Shown here: piece by piece, positions 51,447-64,000 of the stretch | Layout of the letters: every line of letters begins with the position of its first letter | Position numbering within the stretch: position 1 is the stretch's first letter | NCBI RefSeq assembly: GCF_001194135.2 | Contig: NC_068989.1 | Span: 36,566,374 to 36,630,373 of the forward strand | Direction of reading: 5' to 3' | DNA length: 64,000 nt | Origin: Octopus bimaculoides | Taxonomy: Eukaryota | The notes under the pieces: model-generated | What the model saw: the letters and a program-made list of their open reading frames with translations, nothing else | Databases searched by the model: none | What the model was told of the DNA's origin: nothing | Translations under genes and position numbers: made by a program

Positions 51447-51975
51447 TAATAATAATAATAATAATCCTTTCTACTGAAGGCACAAGACACAAAATTTGGG
51501 GGGAGGGGACCAGTCGATTACATTGACTCCAGTGTTTCACTGGTACTTAATTTATCAACATTGAAAAAACTCAGGATGTAAAGATGGACAAAATGCCGCA
51601 AAGCATTTTATCTGGCATGCTAACATGATTATATTGACCCCAGTACTCAACTGGTACTTATTTTATTGACTCTAAAAGGATGAAAGGCAAAATTGACCTC
51701 AGCGGAATTTGAACTCAGAATGTAAACACAAATGAAATATTGCTAAGCATTCTGCATGGCGTGCTAACGATTCTGCTAGCTCACCACCTTAATAATAATA
51801 ATAATCCTTTCTACCATAGGCACAAGGCCTGAAATTTGGGGGAGGGGACTAGTCGATTACATTGACCCCAGTACTCAACTGGTACCTATTTTGTAGACCC
51901 CCAAAAGATGAAAGACAAAGTCGACGTTGGTGGAATTTGAACGTGGAATAATAATGATAATAATAATGACTTTTG
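51447..51975 (-). mobile_element. Cluster of three family B SINE copies separated by (AAT)n
   Basis: Repeated gggggaggggac.agtcgattacattgac.ccag...actggtactt segments. Confidence 0.75.
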
Positions 51976-52041
51976 CATCTGAAATACAGAAAAATAACAA
52001 CATTCATATGAGAAATAAAAAAAAAATGAAAAATAACTTAC

Positions 52042-52173
52042 CACACCCTCAGGATCAATCAGTAATAAATGTTTCACCCCAGCTGAATGTCTGCCACTCA
52101 AGACAAATTGACCTTGTGTAGTGGTACTCTCCCTCACTAAGAAATCTCCTTCATGTTCCAATAATAATTCAGC
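52042..52173 (-). CDS. Shc: Shc adaptor, SH2 core exon
   Basis: tacAG|...|GTAAGT, 132 nt, phase 0 to 0. Encodes [44 protein letters not shown] (FLVRES signature, Shc-type KHLLLxDPEG). Confidence 0.95.
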
Positions 52174-52826
52174 CTGTATATCAAAAGATATAAAAACGAT
52201 CATGCTTATAACACATCAAAATATTTATTTATATATATTTTTTACTTGCTTCAGTCAATGGACTTCAGCCAAACTGAGAACCACCTTGAAGGATTTAGTC
52301 AAAGAAATCGTCTCCAGTGCTTATTCTAATAGTCTTCCTCTTGCTGAACTTCTAAGTTACAAGGATGTAAACAAATGAATACTGATTGTGCAGTGTTGGC
52401 AGGGACCACACAGATACACACAAACAATGTGTTTCTTTCAGTTTCCATACATCAAATCCAGTTACAGTGCTTTGGTCAGCCCAGAGCTATAGTAGAGGAC
52501 ACTTACCCAAGGTGACACACAATGGGACTGAACCTGAAGCCATATGGCTGGGAAGCAAACTTAACCACACATCCACATCTGCACCTCACAGCTGTGTCTT
52601 GCCAATGAAAATAAAAATACATGTGCAAAGGATAATGTCACTACACTAGCATTACCTACTAATTTACAACAGTTAATAGAGAATAAAGATCTGTGAGTAC
52701 TGCCTCTAATCAACTGACTAATTAAGAAACATCACAACTATGTTACAAGTTATTGCTTATAAAAGTTCTGCTCAATGTTACCACCGTAACTTCTTTAGCA
52801 ATGGAGCATTATCAGTGTGAACTCAC

Positions 52827-52993
52827 CTCTTTTCTGTTTAAAGGACCATGATACCATTCTTCATATACTGGAGCAAGCACTGCAGGAATCTCATCTTTAT
52901 TAATCATTGCTGCCTGCATACTTTCTTCGGGTGCTGGTGCTGGTGGTGGAGGTTGCGTCATTGATTCGTTTAAAAGACACGTTTCAAATGGTT
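52827..52993 (-). CDS. Shc: Shc adaptor, exon ending in the start of the SH2 domain
   Basis: ttttcctttAG|...|GTGAGT, 167 nt, phase 1 to 0. Encodes (Q)PFETCLLNESMTQPPPPAPAPEESMQAAMINKDEIPAVLAPVYEEWYHGPLNRKE (SH2 WYHG). Confidence 0.93.
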
Positions 52994-53257
52994 CTAAAGG
53001 AAAACATAAAGCAAAACCATCGATAAGAAACAGACCAAAAGGTAGATCCAAGATAAATCATACCATCTACATCCGTCTAACACTACCACTTGTGCCACTA
53101 GTATTGCGATACTAATAACCTGGAGTTAGAACTCAATATACATATGCTTAAGAACTTAGGATAACAAAGGAATAAACAATAATGAAATTGATAACATAAT
53201 TGCTCATTCCTTTGTCATCCCAATTCCTTTTATATATGTATATATAATAACATAAAT

Positions 53258-53289
<32 letters not shown>

Positions 53290-54640
53290 CTCCCCTCACC
53301 ACTAACCACACCGCCCTTGCCAGAGCACGTTTCGAGGACCATGCATCTGCTCTCTTCTCCCGAACCTGCCCCACCGTCTCCTGTTTCCCCTCACCTACAC
53401 CCCNNNNNNNNNNNNNNNNNNNNNNNNNNNNNNNNNNNNNNNNNNNNNNNNNNNNNNNNNNNNNNNNNNNNNNNNNNNNNNNNNNNNNNNNNNNCCCCAC
53501 CTCTCCAACGCACCATTCTCTGAGCCTTCCAGCGACTCCAGTCCGACCCCTCCACTTCGCACATTTTCTCTAACTGACCCCGCCTCTCCTTCAAACGAGC
53601 TCACAACCTACGAGACCACTTAGTCCACAGCTTCTTCCCTAACCCAACTCGTTCCCCTGCTCCCACCCATGCTCCGCACTTGCCCTTACCTCTCCAACAT
53701 CACCCTCCTCACAGGCACCCACCATTGACCCTATCACATCACTGACTCCTTCACCTGCATTTCTACCAATGTCATCTACTGCATCTCCTGCTCTCTCTGC
53801 CCTTCTCTATACATCAGGCAAACGGGACACCGCTTGGCTGACCAGTTCGCGGAACACCTCCAAGACATCTGACTTGGCAATGACACCCCGGTCTCGCACC
53901 ATTTCTGCTTTACTGGTCACTCTTTGCAACACCTGTCTGTGTTCGGATTGTCCTTGCACACGGGCCATCCGGACTCCCGTTTGCACCATGAACAGGGATC
54001 AATATTCTCTCTTCGCTCCACATTGGCTCACCTCTTCATCTAACCTCCTCCCCTCACACCCACCTGTCCTCTCTTGCTCAGACTCCTACTTCTTCTCTTG
54101 ACTCCTACTCTCCTTCTCTCTTCTCTTCACTCCTACCCATCTCCTCCTCCCCCTGCGCTCATAACCCCACCCCATCCCTTACACCCACTCCGACATATCC
54201 CACCTCTCAACACCATCACACCACACCACTATACTACCATACCACACAACACATCACATCATACCACCAGGTACACACTAGCACTGACCAATTCCCAGCC
54301 CCACATCTTCACACCTACACATACACACACACATGTCAAGGTCACCAGCCCTCTTCCACATGCACATACATACTCTCTTATACACACGCACGCGCACCTT
54401 TGTTTTGGGATCACCACTACTTTATTATCTCCCCTTCTTCCTAGCTCTCCTGTGTGACCCTTCTGTCCAGCATTCGCCATGATAGATCACTAGCCACAAC
54501 ATATTCTTTATTTTCTCTCCTTGTTTCTTTCTGTGGAAGAGTGTAGGCTCAAAACACTAAAGACTTTTTCACTTTCCGAGTGTTAAACTAATACATCTGT
54601 TTGTTGTCTACACCACCTGTCTTTGTCTTTTTGTGAATCC
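53290..54640 (+). mobile_element. Penelope-like element 3' part in a Shc intron (antisense to Shc)
   Basis: FTCISTNVIYCISCSLCPSLYIRQTGHRLADQFAEHL (GIY-YIG), CT-rich UTR, HHR remnant near the end; contains an assembly gap. Confidence 0.85.
54531..54564 (+). ncRNA. Decayed minimal hammerhead remnant at a PLE 3' end
   Basis: CTG-TGGAAGA-GTGTAGGCTC-AAAAC-ACTA-AAGAC, resembling (C/U)UGAAGA-stem II-GAAAC-GUH with several substitutions. Confidence 0.35.
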
Positions 54641-54656
54641 CCACCCNNNNNNNNNN

Positions 54657-54693
<37 letters not shown>

Positions 54694-54941
54694 AGCTCAT
54701 ATGCATTAATATTTGCTTGCATGCTAGAAAGATGTTGATATTTGATGTAGGAGGTGTATATGATTCTCCAGTTGTATCAATATGCAATTTATATTAGATA
54801 TGTGAATATCTGTTAAAGTCTGAAGTATATATGGATTTCTATGAGAGAGAGAGAGAGAGAGAGAGAGAAGCAGATTTCCTTTCACTATACCAACAAATAT
54901 AACATCAATGTAATCATAACAGAGAATTATGTCAGACTTAC

Positions 54942-55088
54942 GCATATCAAATGGGTCAAGTGCACCATTTGTCCATCCTGGGTCTTGCGGTGAATCAATA
55001 AAGTCTGTCGATTTATCTGTTTCAGATTTTATATTTTCAGCGGAATCAAACAGTAGAATAGAATTCATATTAGCAAAAGCTGCCATAG
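54942..55088 (-). CDS. Shc: Shc adaptor, CH1 exon
   Basis: ttttaattttAG|...|GTAAGT, 147 nt, phase 1 to 1. Encodes (S)MAAFANMNSILLFDSAENIKSETDKSTDFIDSPQDPGWTNGALDPFDM; DPFDM(Q)PFE matches Shc DLFDMKPFE. Confidence 0.88.
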
Positions 55089-57229
55089 CTAAAATTAAAA
55101 CAAACAAGAAAATAAAAATGTTTATCTTTTTTTAAAATTTGCATATGTATTTGGGTGGTGTATTGGCTGAACCATTAGAGAGTTGGATACAAGGCTTTGT
55201 TGTATAGTCCAGGTTCAAACCTCACTTGGGTTGATTTTTACTTTCCATGCTTCCGTATTGATATATTGAAATCCTAGTCAAGTACTAGGATCATTTTAAT
55301 CAATTATCTCCCTCTAAATTTATAGGCTTGTGTTAATGTTAGATATTAATATTTCAATACAAATATATAAATGTAGACTTTTTGCTCTTCAAATGATTGT
55401 ATAGAGAGTAATATTACAGCAGAAATTATATAAAATAATCAGTGAATGTAACCCTTTTGATATAAACTTTTGAAGTTTGAATCACAGAAACAGAGACCAC
55501 CTCTGGTTCTGTGATACAAGCTTCTTGTTTTAAAGTGATCTAAACTAAAACTTTGCATCAAAATTTCATATTCATATTCCATAAACCAGCTTAATAACAA
55601 CAAAGTTATTTTCCTAAATCTAACCTCTTCATTTTCAAAATTCATTAAAACAGAGTCAGTGTATTTCAGCAGAAATATGATAATGAAAGAGTTAGGAATA
55701 AAGACTGACATCATTTTTATATATGACATATAACACTTATATAAGAAACTATGTTTTAGTTGCCCCAGTAAAATAGAAATAGTTATTAGATAATTTGATA
55801 ATGGGCAGAGTCAAATTGACTGCCTTGTGGTATTTGTTCTGGCCTTCTGTTTCCTGAGTTCAAAATTCACTGAGGTCAATTTTGCCTTTCTCATTTGGGG
55901 TCATTAAATAAAATCCTAAACAAGTACTACAGCCAGTTGTTCTCTGTCTGTCTGTCTGTGTTGGAATCAGCTACACTGTGCTGTGATGAGGATCAGTCAC
56001 AGCATCCCTTTCTCCAAAAATAGTTCAGTGAGGGACTAGCAATTTCTTATAAGGACAGTCTGATGCCTGAGGACAGCCTCATGTACAGCACAGAAATGAA
56101 GATAAAAAGTGAATGTAAATGTTTACTACTGAAGTTTATGACCAAACTAAATAATTTGATTGTTACAACACTCCAGAATATATTTGAAAAGAATTGGCTA
56201 TGATTAGTAACTTTATGGATTCCTGTTCAGGTGGTACCATAGTTATTTTGTTGAACATCACAAGATATTTAATTCTATTATGGGATAGTAAAGGAAAGGT
56301 GGCTGTAATTGAATTAATCATCTAGCTAAAAGGAGATTTGCCTCTCATTTATATAACACTGCAGAACTCGGAGCCAAGTGCTGGCCTTATAGCAAGAAGC
56401 TTTATGCTGTTCTAGGCAAATCCAGTTACACCTCCACCAGAGATGTGTGTCAACAAGTTTTTGAAACATGTTGTAGAGTTCCAAAGAGTACCAACAATGT
56501 TTGGAATACACTCTCAAAAGAGTTTTTTCTCTGAAAGACTAAATATGTTTTAAACATATTAAGATTATAAAAATATTAAATGTGTCTTTACATACTGGAA
56601 GGAGTTTTAAGCATGTTGTGTGATGTTCCATTTAATTTTATTTGGTGTGTGAAATTATTTATCATATATATCGGATTTTTTGAGAGTTGGCTATTTTAAA
56701 CTTTTAAATATTTGAACAGGCACAGACATGACTATGTGGTTAGGCTGTTTCCACTGCATGCACCTTGGGCAAATAACTTCTATAGTCCTGAGCCGATCAA
56801 AGCCTTTTGAGTGGATTTGGTAAATGGAAACTGAAAGAAGCACATTGTGGGCTTGGAGTCTATCAAGAAAGCGTATCCAGGCTTCTTGATATGTTGCTTG
56901 ATCTTTCCAAACACAATGTTGTTTGTTTCCACTTTTTCACACAAAACATGTACAGGTAAGCTGTTATTTAATAGACTAGGAGATTATTATTCCACATAGA
57001 AACAAGAGTGGTTTAGTGACATGAAGGTCATCCACCCATTGATAAAAAAAAAAAAAACCAAAAGAACTCTGCCCTAACATACATCTGACCCATGCAAGCA
57101 TGGAAAAGTAGATGTTAAAACATAAATAATGATGATGATGATGATGATGATAGAACATGATACTGCATATCTGTATGTTTAAATCTCTGTCTGAGACAAA
57201 TGCCTCTTTTCTTCAGTAAGTCTACTTAC

Positions 57230-57353
57230 ATTTTGGTTTGTCATATAAAGCCTGTTCTGGTGCTTCACTCAAATCCACAAGTAGACCTTCAGCACTGTTA
57301 TTGAATTCATTATTTTTATTTTTATTTACAGTTGAATATAATCCTTCAGGAAC
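57230..57353 (-). CDS. Shc: Shc adaptor, CH1 exon (not in the ORF track)
   Basis: aatttcAG|...|GTAAGT, 124 nt, phase 0 to 1, exactly bridging the flanking exons. Encodes VPEGLYSTVNKNKNNEFNNSAEGLLVDLSEAPEQALYDKPK. Confidence 0.85.
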
Positions 57354-58502
57354 CTGAAATTTAATTTAATAAGAAATAAGAACACAAAAAAGAACAAAAA
57401 TAAATGAAACAATAAAATTAAGTATTACCTAATGAAATCATTGAACTATTTCAAAACCATGAATTACAAATTCATAGGACATGCCACCTAGACTCAAAAA
57501 ATGTTGGTCTCCAGTCAAAAACTTAACAAACTCTGTGATTATTCACATGATGCTACAGCAGCTGGATATACTGCTGTCTACTTGCCTTCTGTCTCATGCC
57601 CATTGTTACACTGAAGAGTTGTCAGGTCACTGCTGTGCTGGTGAATGAGTGTTTATATATATTGGTGTGAAGAATGGGCATCACCATTGTCGTGATTTTT
57701 GCTAGCCTTTTCTTGTCAAGGACCTTCCATTGTCATGAGCTTGTATTTTTGTGGTCACCATGATCGTGGTTGTGGATATTTGTGTGTTTGCTGAAGACTG
57801 TCATGTGGCTGGTCATGAGAAAAAATGATGTTGCATCCTTTTTAACTGAATGTAAGATCAGGCTGGCTTCAGATAAAATAAAACATATTTTGTTGATAGA
57901 AAACTGCATACAAATATGCAGATTATCACAGACTCTGGTTATCAGAGTAGTAAGTAGGAACAGATTTATTGTGTCAGCTTAGACATTGGCTGTCTGGAAG
58001 AGAAAAATGCAGATACCATAGCTGCTGCACACTATTGAAGCTTGGAGAAGAGAAAATGTGAAGTGTCTTGTTTGAAGGCTTGCTGCAGTCTACAATGGTT
58101 TAAGTATCAAACTGCTTGACTAGGGTAAAAGGGTGTGAATTTCTAGAATATTTGAGAAGCTGTTCATGCCATAGCTTCAAGCTGATTGGTCAATTTATAG
58201 ATCAATCACATGAAACTGCAGCAGTTTGTTCATGACCATAAACTAACAATTTCATAGTTGGGGTTCAAACCCTACAAAGTTATTTGAAGAAATTGGTAAA
58301 GAGAAAATCTGAATAGAAAACTGAAAGAGGAGAAAGACAAAAGTTATTCCTTAGAAATTCTACTCATACTGCTTCCTTATGCGGGAGTTGGGTAAGTCTT
58401 ATAACACTTAGTTGGAGGGAATCTCACTGTGTTGTGCTTCAAGAGAAAATCAGTTTGGTGAAGCCTAGCTCTCTTTAAACATTCATCAATTTTATTGTGA
58501 TA

Positions 58503-58750
58503 CATCTGTATACAGTAGGGAGATGTTCCTCTTTGATGCGACTACAGAGTGCATCTGTGTACAGCATCGATATGTTCCCCTTTGGTGTAGCCATAGTGGT
58601 GCAGCTGTATACAATAGGGAGATGTTCCATCTTGATGCAGTTGCATACAGTAATGAGTTGTTGCACCTTGATGCAGCTACAATGGTACAACTGCACACAA
58701 AGATGGGATTTACCACTCTTGAGATGATCCCAACTGTTTATAACAAGATG
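58503..58750. repeat. Degenerate minisatellite, about 50-bp unit
   Basis: About 5 diverged units of ca(t/g)ctgtatacagtagggagatgttcc..ttgatgc. Confidence 0.7.
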
Positions 58751-59555
58751 CATTGGACCATCTGTGTTTTGGCAATAGAAATGTGGCTGAGATGATGACA
58801 AGAAACAAATATTTTAGCAGTCAGCAGGGAAGGAAGGACATGTTGGATAAGCCTAGTGTTAAGTATAGAACCCCACCACCCAGTAAGGATGGTCATAGCA
58901 GGATTCAAAGATCTTGTTTAGAGATGACTTGGGGCTAAACAACAAAAACACCCTAACAACTCATATGTAGCTCATGTGAGAGAAGTCAGGACTATTGAAG
59001 TGAACCCATATTTTACTAGTAATGATTTTAACAAATGTGAAGGGATGCCACAAGGAAGCTGGAACACAAGACAGGATTAATTAAATTCTACTAAATTGTC
59101 ATTCTATGGAAACTAAACTAATATTGGTTTCAAATTTTAGCAGAAGATCAGCAGTTTTGGAGAAAAGGGCTAAGTCAATTAAATCAACCCCTGTGTCAAC
59201 TGGTACTTATTTTACTGACCCCGAAAGAACAAACGGCAAAGTTGGCCCTGGTAGAATCTGAACTCAGAATGTAAAGACGGACAAAAAGCTGCTAAGCTTT
59301 ACACCTGGCATGCTACTGATTCTGCCAGCTCACCACCTTGGAAACTAAACTAATATTGATTTCTTTCTTTCATAGCTACAAGGTTATGTGAATGGGAATA
59401 AATTGATAATAATGTTCATCTTCTCCCATGTGTACAAGCAATTAAGGAATGTGAATTGAAATAGGATGCAGATTCAGCCTTCTGAAAGTTTACCCCTTGT
59501 GTTCTGGTATTTACCACTAAAACTATGTTAAGCAAGGCAATATTTCTCATGGCCA

Positions 59556-59889
59556 AGGGCGGCTAGCTGGCAGAATCGTTAGCATGCTGGGCAAAATGCT
59601 CAGCAGTATTTCGTCTGCTGGTATTTCGTTCTGAGTTCAAATTCTGCCAAGGTTGATTTTACCTTTCATCCTTTTGGGGTTGATTAAATAAATACCAGTT
59701 ACACAAAATGCTCAGCAGTATTTCGTTCTGAGTTCAAATTCTGCCAAGGTTGATTTTACCTTTCATCCTTTTGGGGTTGATTAAATAAATACCAGTTACA
59801 CACTGGAGCTGATGTAGTCGACTTAATCCCTTTGTCTGTCCTTGTTTGTCTCCTCTATGTTTAGCCCCCCTGTGGGCAATAAAGAAATA
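59556..59889 (+). mobile_element. SINE family B with internal duplication and 17-bp TSD
   Basis: AATATTTCTCATGGCCA at 59539-59555 and 59890-59906; about 110 bp duplicated internally. Confidence 0.85.
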
Positions 59890-60060
59890 AATATTTCTCA
59901 TGGCCAGACATGTTTTCACAGAAGACTGGAAACAAACAACATAAGTTTCTGCTACTGCTAGCCATATGAGGGAAGCTAGTGTTTGTAAGGACAAAGGAGA
60001 AGGATGCAAATGGAGAGGAGGGAAAATAAAAAGTCTATAGCAACACATTCACCAACTTAC

Positions 60061-60202
60061 ATTTGAATTACTGTTAGGCACAGAATAATTTGGAAGAGGA
60101 GGTATCTGTGGTGGTGTTGGAGAAGGCGGCATGGCATTTGGTCGGTCATTATAATACTCTGCTTCATCTTCCCATGATTCACCATTAAACTGACCGTCTG
60201 TC
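60061..60202 (-). CDS. Shc: Shc adaptor, internal coding exon (start of CH1 region; first Shc exon found in window)
   Basis: Acceptor tttttcAG|g (phase 2), donor |GTAAGT (phase 0). Encodes TDGQFNGESWEDEAEYYNDRPNAMPPSPTPPQIPPLPNYSVPNSNSN; the YYND motif matches the Shc Y239/Y240 site. Confidence 0.9.
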
Positions 60203-61038
60203 CTGAAAAATGTATCAGACATTATTAGTTGATTAGTAAATACTGCAAGGACAAGGAGGATGAAATGTTTAAAGGCAAATCGGACACACCAAGAACCTAT
60301 CAAAAACAGAAAATAAGTTTATTTTTCCTTGATTTTAGTTAACTATGTATATTTGATTGTTAGTTTATTCTGTTTAATATTTCAAAAAGATAATAAAAAA
60401 CAACCACAAACTGCTTTTATAACCTAAATCAAAACTTAAACATAAAACAAAATTTGGTATATATATATATATACATATATAATAAAAAAACAAGCATAGA
60501 AAATACGTATGTGGTTAAGAAGTTCACTTTGCGACCATGTGGTTCCTGCTTCAGTTTTACTGCATGGCACTTTACTTGGACAAGAGGTACCCATTATACC
60601 TGAGGTTAACTAATGGAAGAAATTTGGTACACTGAAACTCTGTGGAAGTCAAACTGTACATCTGTCCATCTGTGTGTGTGTATAATCACCAACAACATCA
60701 TTTTATATGTTTCCCATGCGAGCATGGGTGGGAGAGTTCAACAATATCCAATGGGCTAGAAGACCATATCTTACTCCAATATCTTAGCTTTGGCAAGGTT
60801 TCTATGGCTGGACATACTACTTTATACCAACCATTTTATACAGTGTACAGAGTGTCCTGGGTGCTTCTTTTCCATGGCATCATTACCAAAGAGTTTGCCA
60901 TGCCATTCATCAAGATAAAAGGGTCTTCTTAAGCCCTGCATTGTTGCTGCTCAATTCTATTTACCATATATGAGTAAGTATGTATCATCAGTTTTACATC
61001 CACCTTTTCATGGTGGCATGGGTTGGATGAGATTTTTT

Positions 61039-61074
<36 letters not shown>

Positions 61075-61108
61075 GAGAGAGAGNNNNNNNNNNAGAGAGA
61101 GAGAGAGA

Positions 61109-61145
<37 letters not shown>

Positions 61146-61846
61146 GTGCACACATATATATGCATACATATTATGTATATGCGTGTGCATATATACACAC
61201 ACATATAAATGTACACATGCATATATATTTACATAAACACATATATATACAAACACATTATTTCTTCTATTCATTCATTTTACATCTATTTGCCACTATT
61301 CGATTGGACTTATACTTATTTGAGGCAGTACTTTTACAGCTGAATGCTCTTCAGTATTACAAGTAAAGAGTTTTTAATCCACCATCCATGAAAGATTTCT
61401 GCACAGTTTTCATCAGCCAAATTCCACTCACAAGGTATTGGATGACCTTAAGGCAAAAAAAAAAAGACACTTGTCCAAGGTTCCACACATTGGTAGTAAA
61501 CCCAGAACCACATGGTTGCAAACTAAACTCCTTAACCACAAAGCCATATTCTAAAATGAAAATGGGTGTATGTATGCCATTCTTATAATTGCCATCGCTG
61601 TAAAACTGCCGGAGGTTAGCAGCTGGAAAGGAAGACATGCAGGAAATAAATTTCAAAAGGAATCAAGAATTTTAAGAATATTTGCTTTAGCAATAATGGT
61701 TGAAATTGGAGAGCAAATTCTTCAATTATTGAAAATAAAGAATATAAAATTATTCAGTCATGCAGGAATAACAAATAATGCATGGATGAGAAAAACCATG
61801 CAACCATTTTTTCAATAACTAATTAAGAAGTTGAACATCCAATTTA

Positions 61847-61884
<38 letters not shown>

Positions 61885-63526
61885 GTGGGTAGGGGAATTT
61901 TCACAAAGAAAAGGGAAAGATGTTTCCATTAAAGCATTTAACATGCACAAGAAGCTGCAATTGAAATAGTTAATAAGCACCAAAATAATTGATTTTGCTG
62001 AGAAAATATTGGGGGCGGGGGGAACAAAAAGCAAAATAAAAAAAACAGTTATATTGCATAGGCATGGGTGTGTGGTTAGAAAGTTCTCTCTGTAACCACA
62101 TAGGCCTGGGTTCAATTCTACTGGACATCACCTTGTGCAAATGTTTTCTATTATACCCTCTGGGCTCTTTCCATTCCCGAGCGTCTAGTAACACTATCCG
62201 TATCACGTCCTCACGTTGTTGTTTTTTGTTATTGTTTTTTGTCTTTTTTTAAAACTATATATATTCTTTTATTCTCTTACTTGGTTCAGTTAGTTGACTG
62301 CAGCCATGTTGGAGCACCGCCTTTGGGGGTTTTTAGTTGAAGAAATTGACTCCAGGACTTATTCTTTGTAAGCCTAGTACTTATTCTATCAGTCTTTTTT
62401 TGCTGAAGTGCTAAGTTATGGGGACATAAACACACCAACATCGGTTGTCAAGTGATGGTGGGAGGACAAACACAGACACAAAGATATGCACAAACATAAA
62501 TACACACACACACACACTACATTTATAATTTTATTAATTTCACATCTGCTTTCCATGCTAGCATGGATTGGACAGGTTTTCATCATCCAAGTCAAATCCT
62601 GATCAGAAGTGAGTTAGAGGATTATGTCTTGCTCTTACACACCATTGATGAATAGTTTCTATGGTTGGACGCCCTTCCTAACATCAACTACTTTACAAAG
62701 TGAGCTGAGTGCATTTTATTGTGGCACTAATACTAAAGAGGTTGCCAAGTCACCTGCAGGACTAGAGCCTTGCCTACATTGTTTTTGTTCATTCAAGTCA
62801 AATGTGGTCAAAGATATGAGTGTGATGTGTGAAACTGAGCAAAAGGGTAGTAGAAGAGGGAGTAATGGATGAAAGACAGTAATAAGAGTTACATGTGGGT
62901 GGAGGATATAGGCTGATGAAAGAAGTAGTGGAAGTGGAGGAGAATGAAGGAGGCTGATGATCTTTGTCAACAAAGTGTAATAAGGGAGAGAATATTGCAT
63001 GTGTGTATATGAGAGAGAGAGAGAGATGGGGTTAAAGAATGGCTATAAAGATGAGTGATGGTCTGAGAGAGTGAGCAATAAAGATGTGGAATGGTAAAAG
63101 AGAACGGTGTGTCTTAATGAAGAGTGGGAGGAAGAATGATGGTTAGCCACTCTCATTAGCCAGGCTAAAGTGTGAACAGAATGCGAACAGAATCAGTGCC
63201 ATTCCTTGTTACACAGGCAGTGTGGTACGATGAATAGAAAAGGGTGAGTGATAGATTATAGCATGGAGCAGAGGGTGAGTAACAAATTTGAGGGCAGAGA
63301 AGAGGCTGAGTGTTAGAATAGAGACTAGAGAAGAGAATGAAGAAGAATGAATCAGATTGGAAAGTGGAGTAGAAGGTGAGTGTTAGATTAAGAGGGTGAG
63401 ATAGATGAGGAGGTAATAATAAGGGCAGGAGTTGGAAATTTAATAGGGATGTAATATAATGGATAACAGCTCCATATGTAGACATATGACTTGATTGCTA
63501 TCACCACCATTATTTTAATGACTGCC

Positions 63527-64000
63527 ATCGTCATCATTTAGCATCTGTTTTCCATGTTGGCATGGGTTAGACAGTTTGACTGGAACTTGTAAGCTGAAAA
63601 GCTGCACCAACTTCCGGTCTGATTTGGCATGGTTTCTATGGCTTGATGCCCTTCCTAACACTAACCACTACAAAAGTGCGATGGTGCTTTTTACGTGCCA
63701 CTGGTATGGATGCTTTTATGTGACACTGGCATCAGCCATGACTATGATTTCACTTGTCTTGATGAGTTTTCTCAAGTACAGTGTATCACTAAAGGTCTTA
63801 GTCACTTGTCATCACCTCCGTGAGGCCCAATGTTTGAAGATCATGCTTCACTACCTCATCCCATGTCTTCCTGGGTCTACCTCTTCTACAGGTTCCCTCC
63901 ACAGTGAGAGATCAGCACTACTTTACACAGCTGTCCTCATCCATACACATCACATGACCATACCAGCACAGTTGTCTCACTTGCACACCACATCTGATGC
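63527..64000 (-). mobile_element. RTE-clade LINE 3' end
   Basis: Reverse (CAT)n tail, 3' UTR and GRPRKTWDEV-type coding remnant running off the window. Confidence 0.8.

Noticed and set aside
55976-56076. C/D snoRNA-like arrangement (GTGATGA...CTGA with a 5/6-bp terminal stem)
   Set aside because: On the plus strand, antisense to the host Shc intron; no guide recognised.
60203-64000. Shc PTB-domain exons
   Set aside because: No GQAFELRF-type exon found on the minus strand; presumably upstream of the window.

Overview
AT-rich eukaryotic genomic DNA, very probably from an octopus (inferred from abundant RTE LINE tails, tRNA-derived SINEs, microsatellites and N-gaps at microsatellites). Two protein-coding genes can be reconstructed by eye. 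(1) The 3' six coding exons of an Shc adaptor on the minus strand (60202 down to 48820; CH1 region plus SH2 domain, all splice phases consistent; the PTB exons were not found and probably lie beyond the window). (2) A two-coding-exon AURKAIP1/mS38 mitoribosomal gene on the plus strand (37969-38816), convergent with Shc, with a probable non-coding first exon ending at 30169. A second CpG-retaining, promoter-like region near 17.6 kb has an orphan minus-strand first exon and a divergent splice donor. The rest is mostly transposon debris: RTE, CR1-like and Penelope-like (PLE) retroelements, mariner and DD37D transposons, TTAA MITEs and SINEs. The most unusual signal is a set of hammerhead-ribozyme (HHR) motifs. 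One at 33331-33406 has an intact catalytic core and sits in a run of three abutting fold-back elements inside the putative first intron of mS38. Most other copies have lost the catalytic G12 by apparent CpG decay. All structures were folded and aligned by eye; repeat boundaries are approximate.
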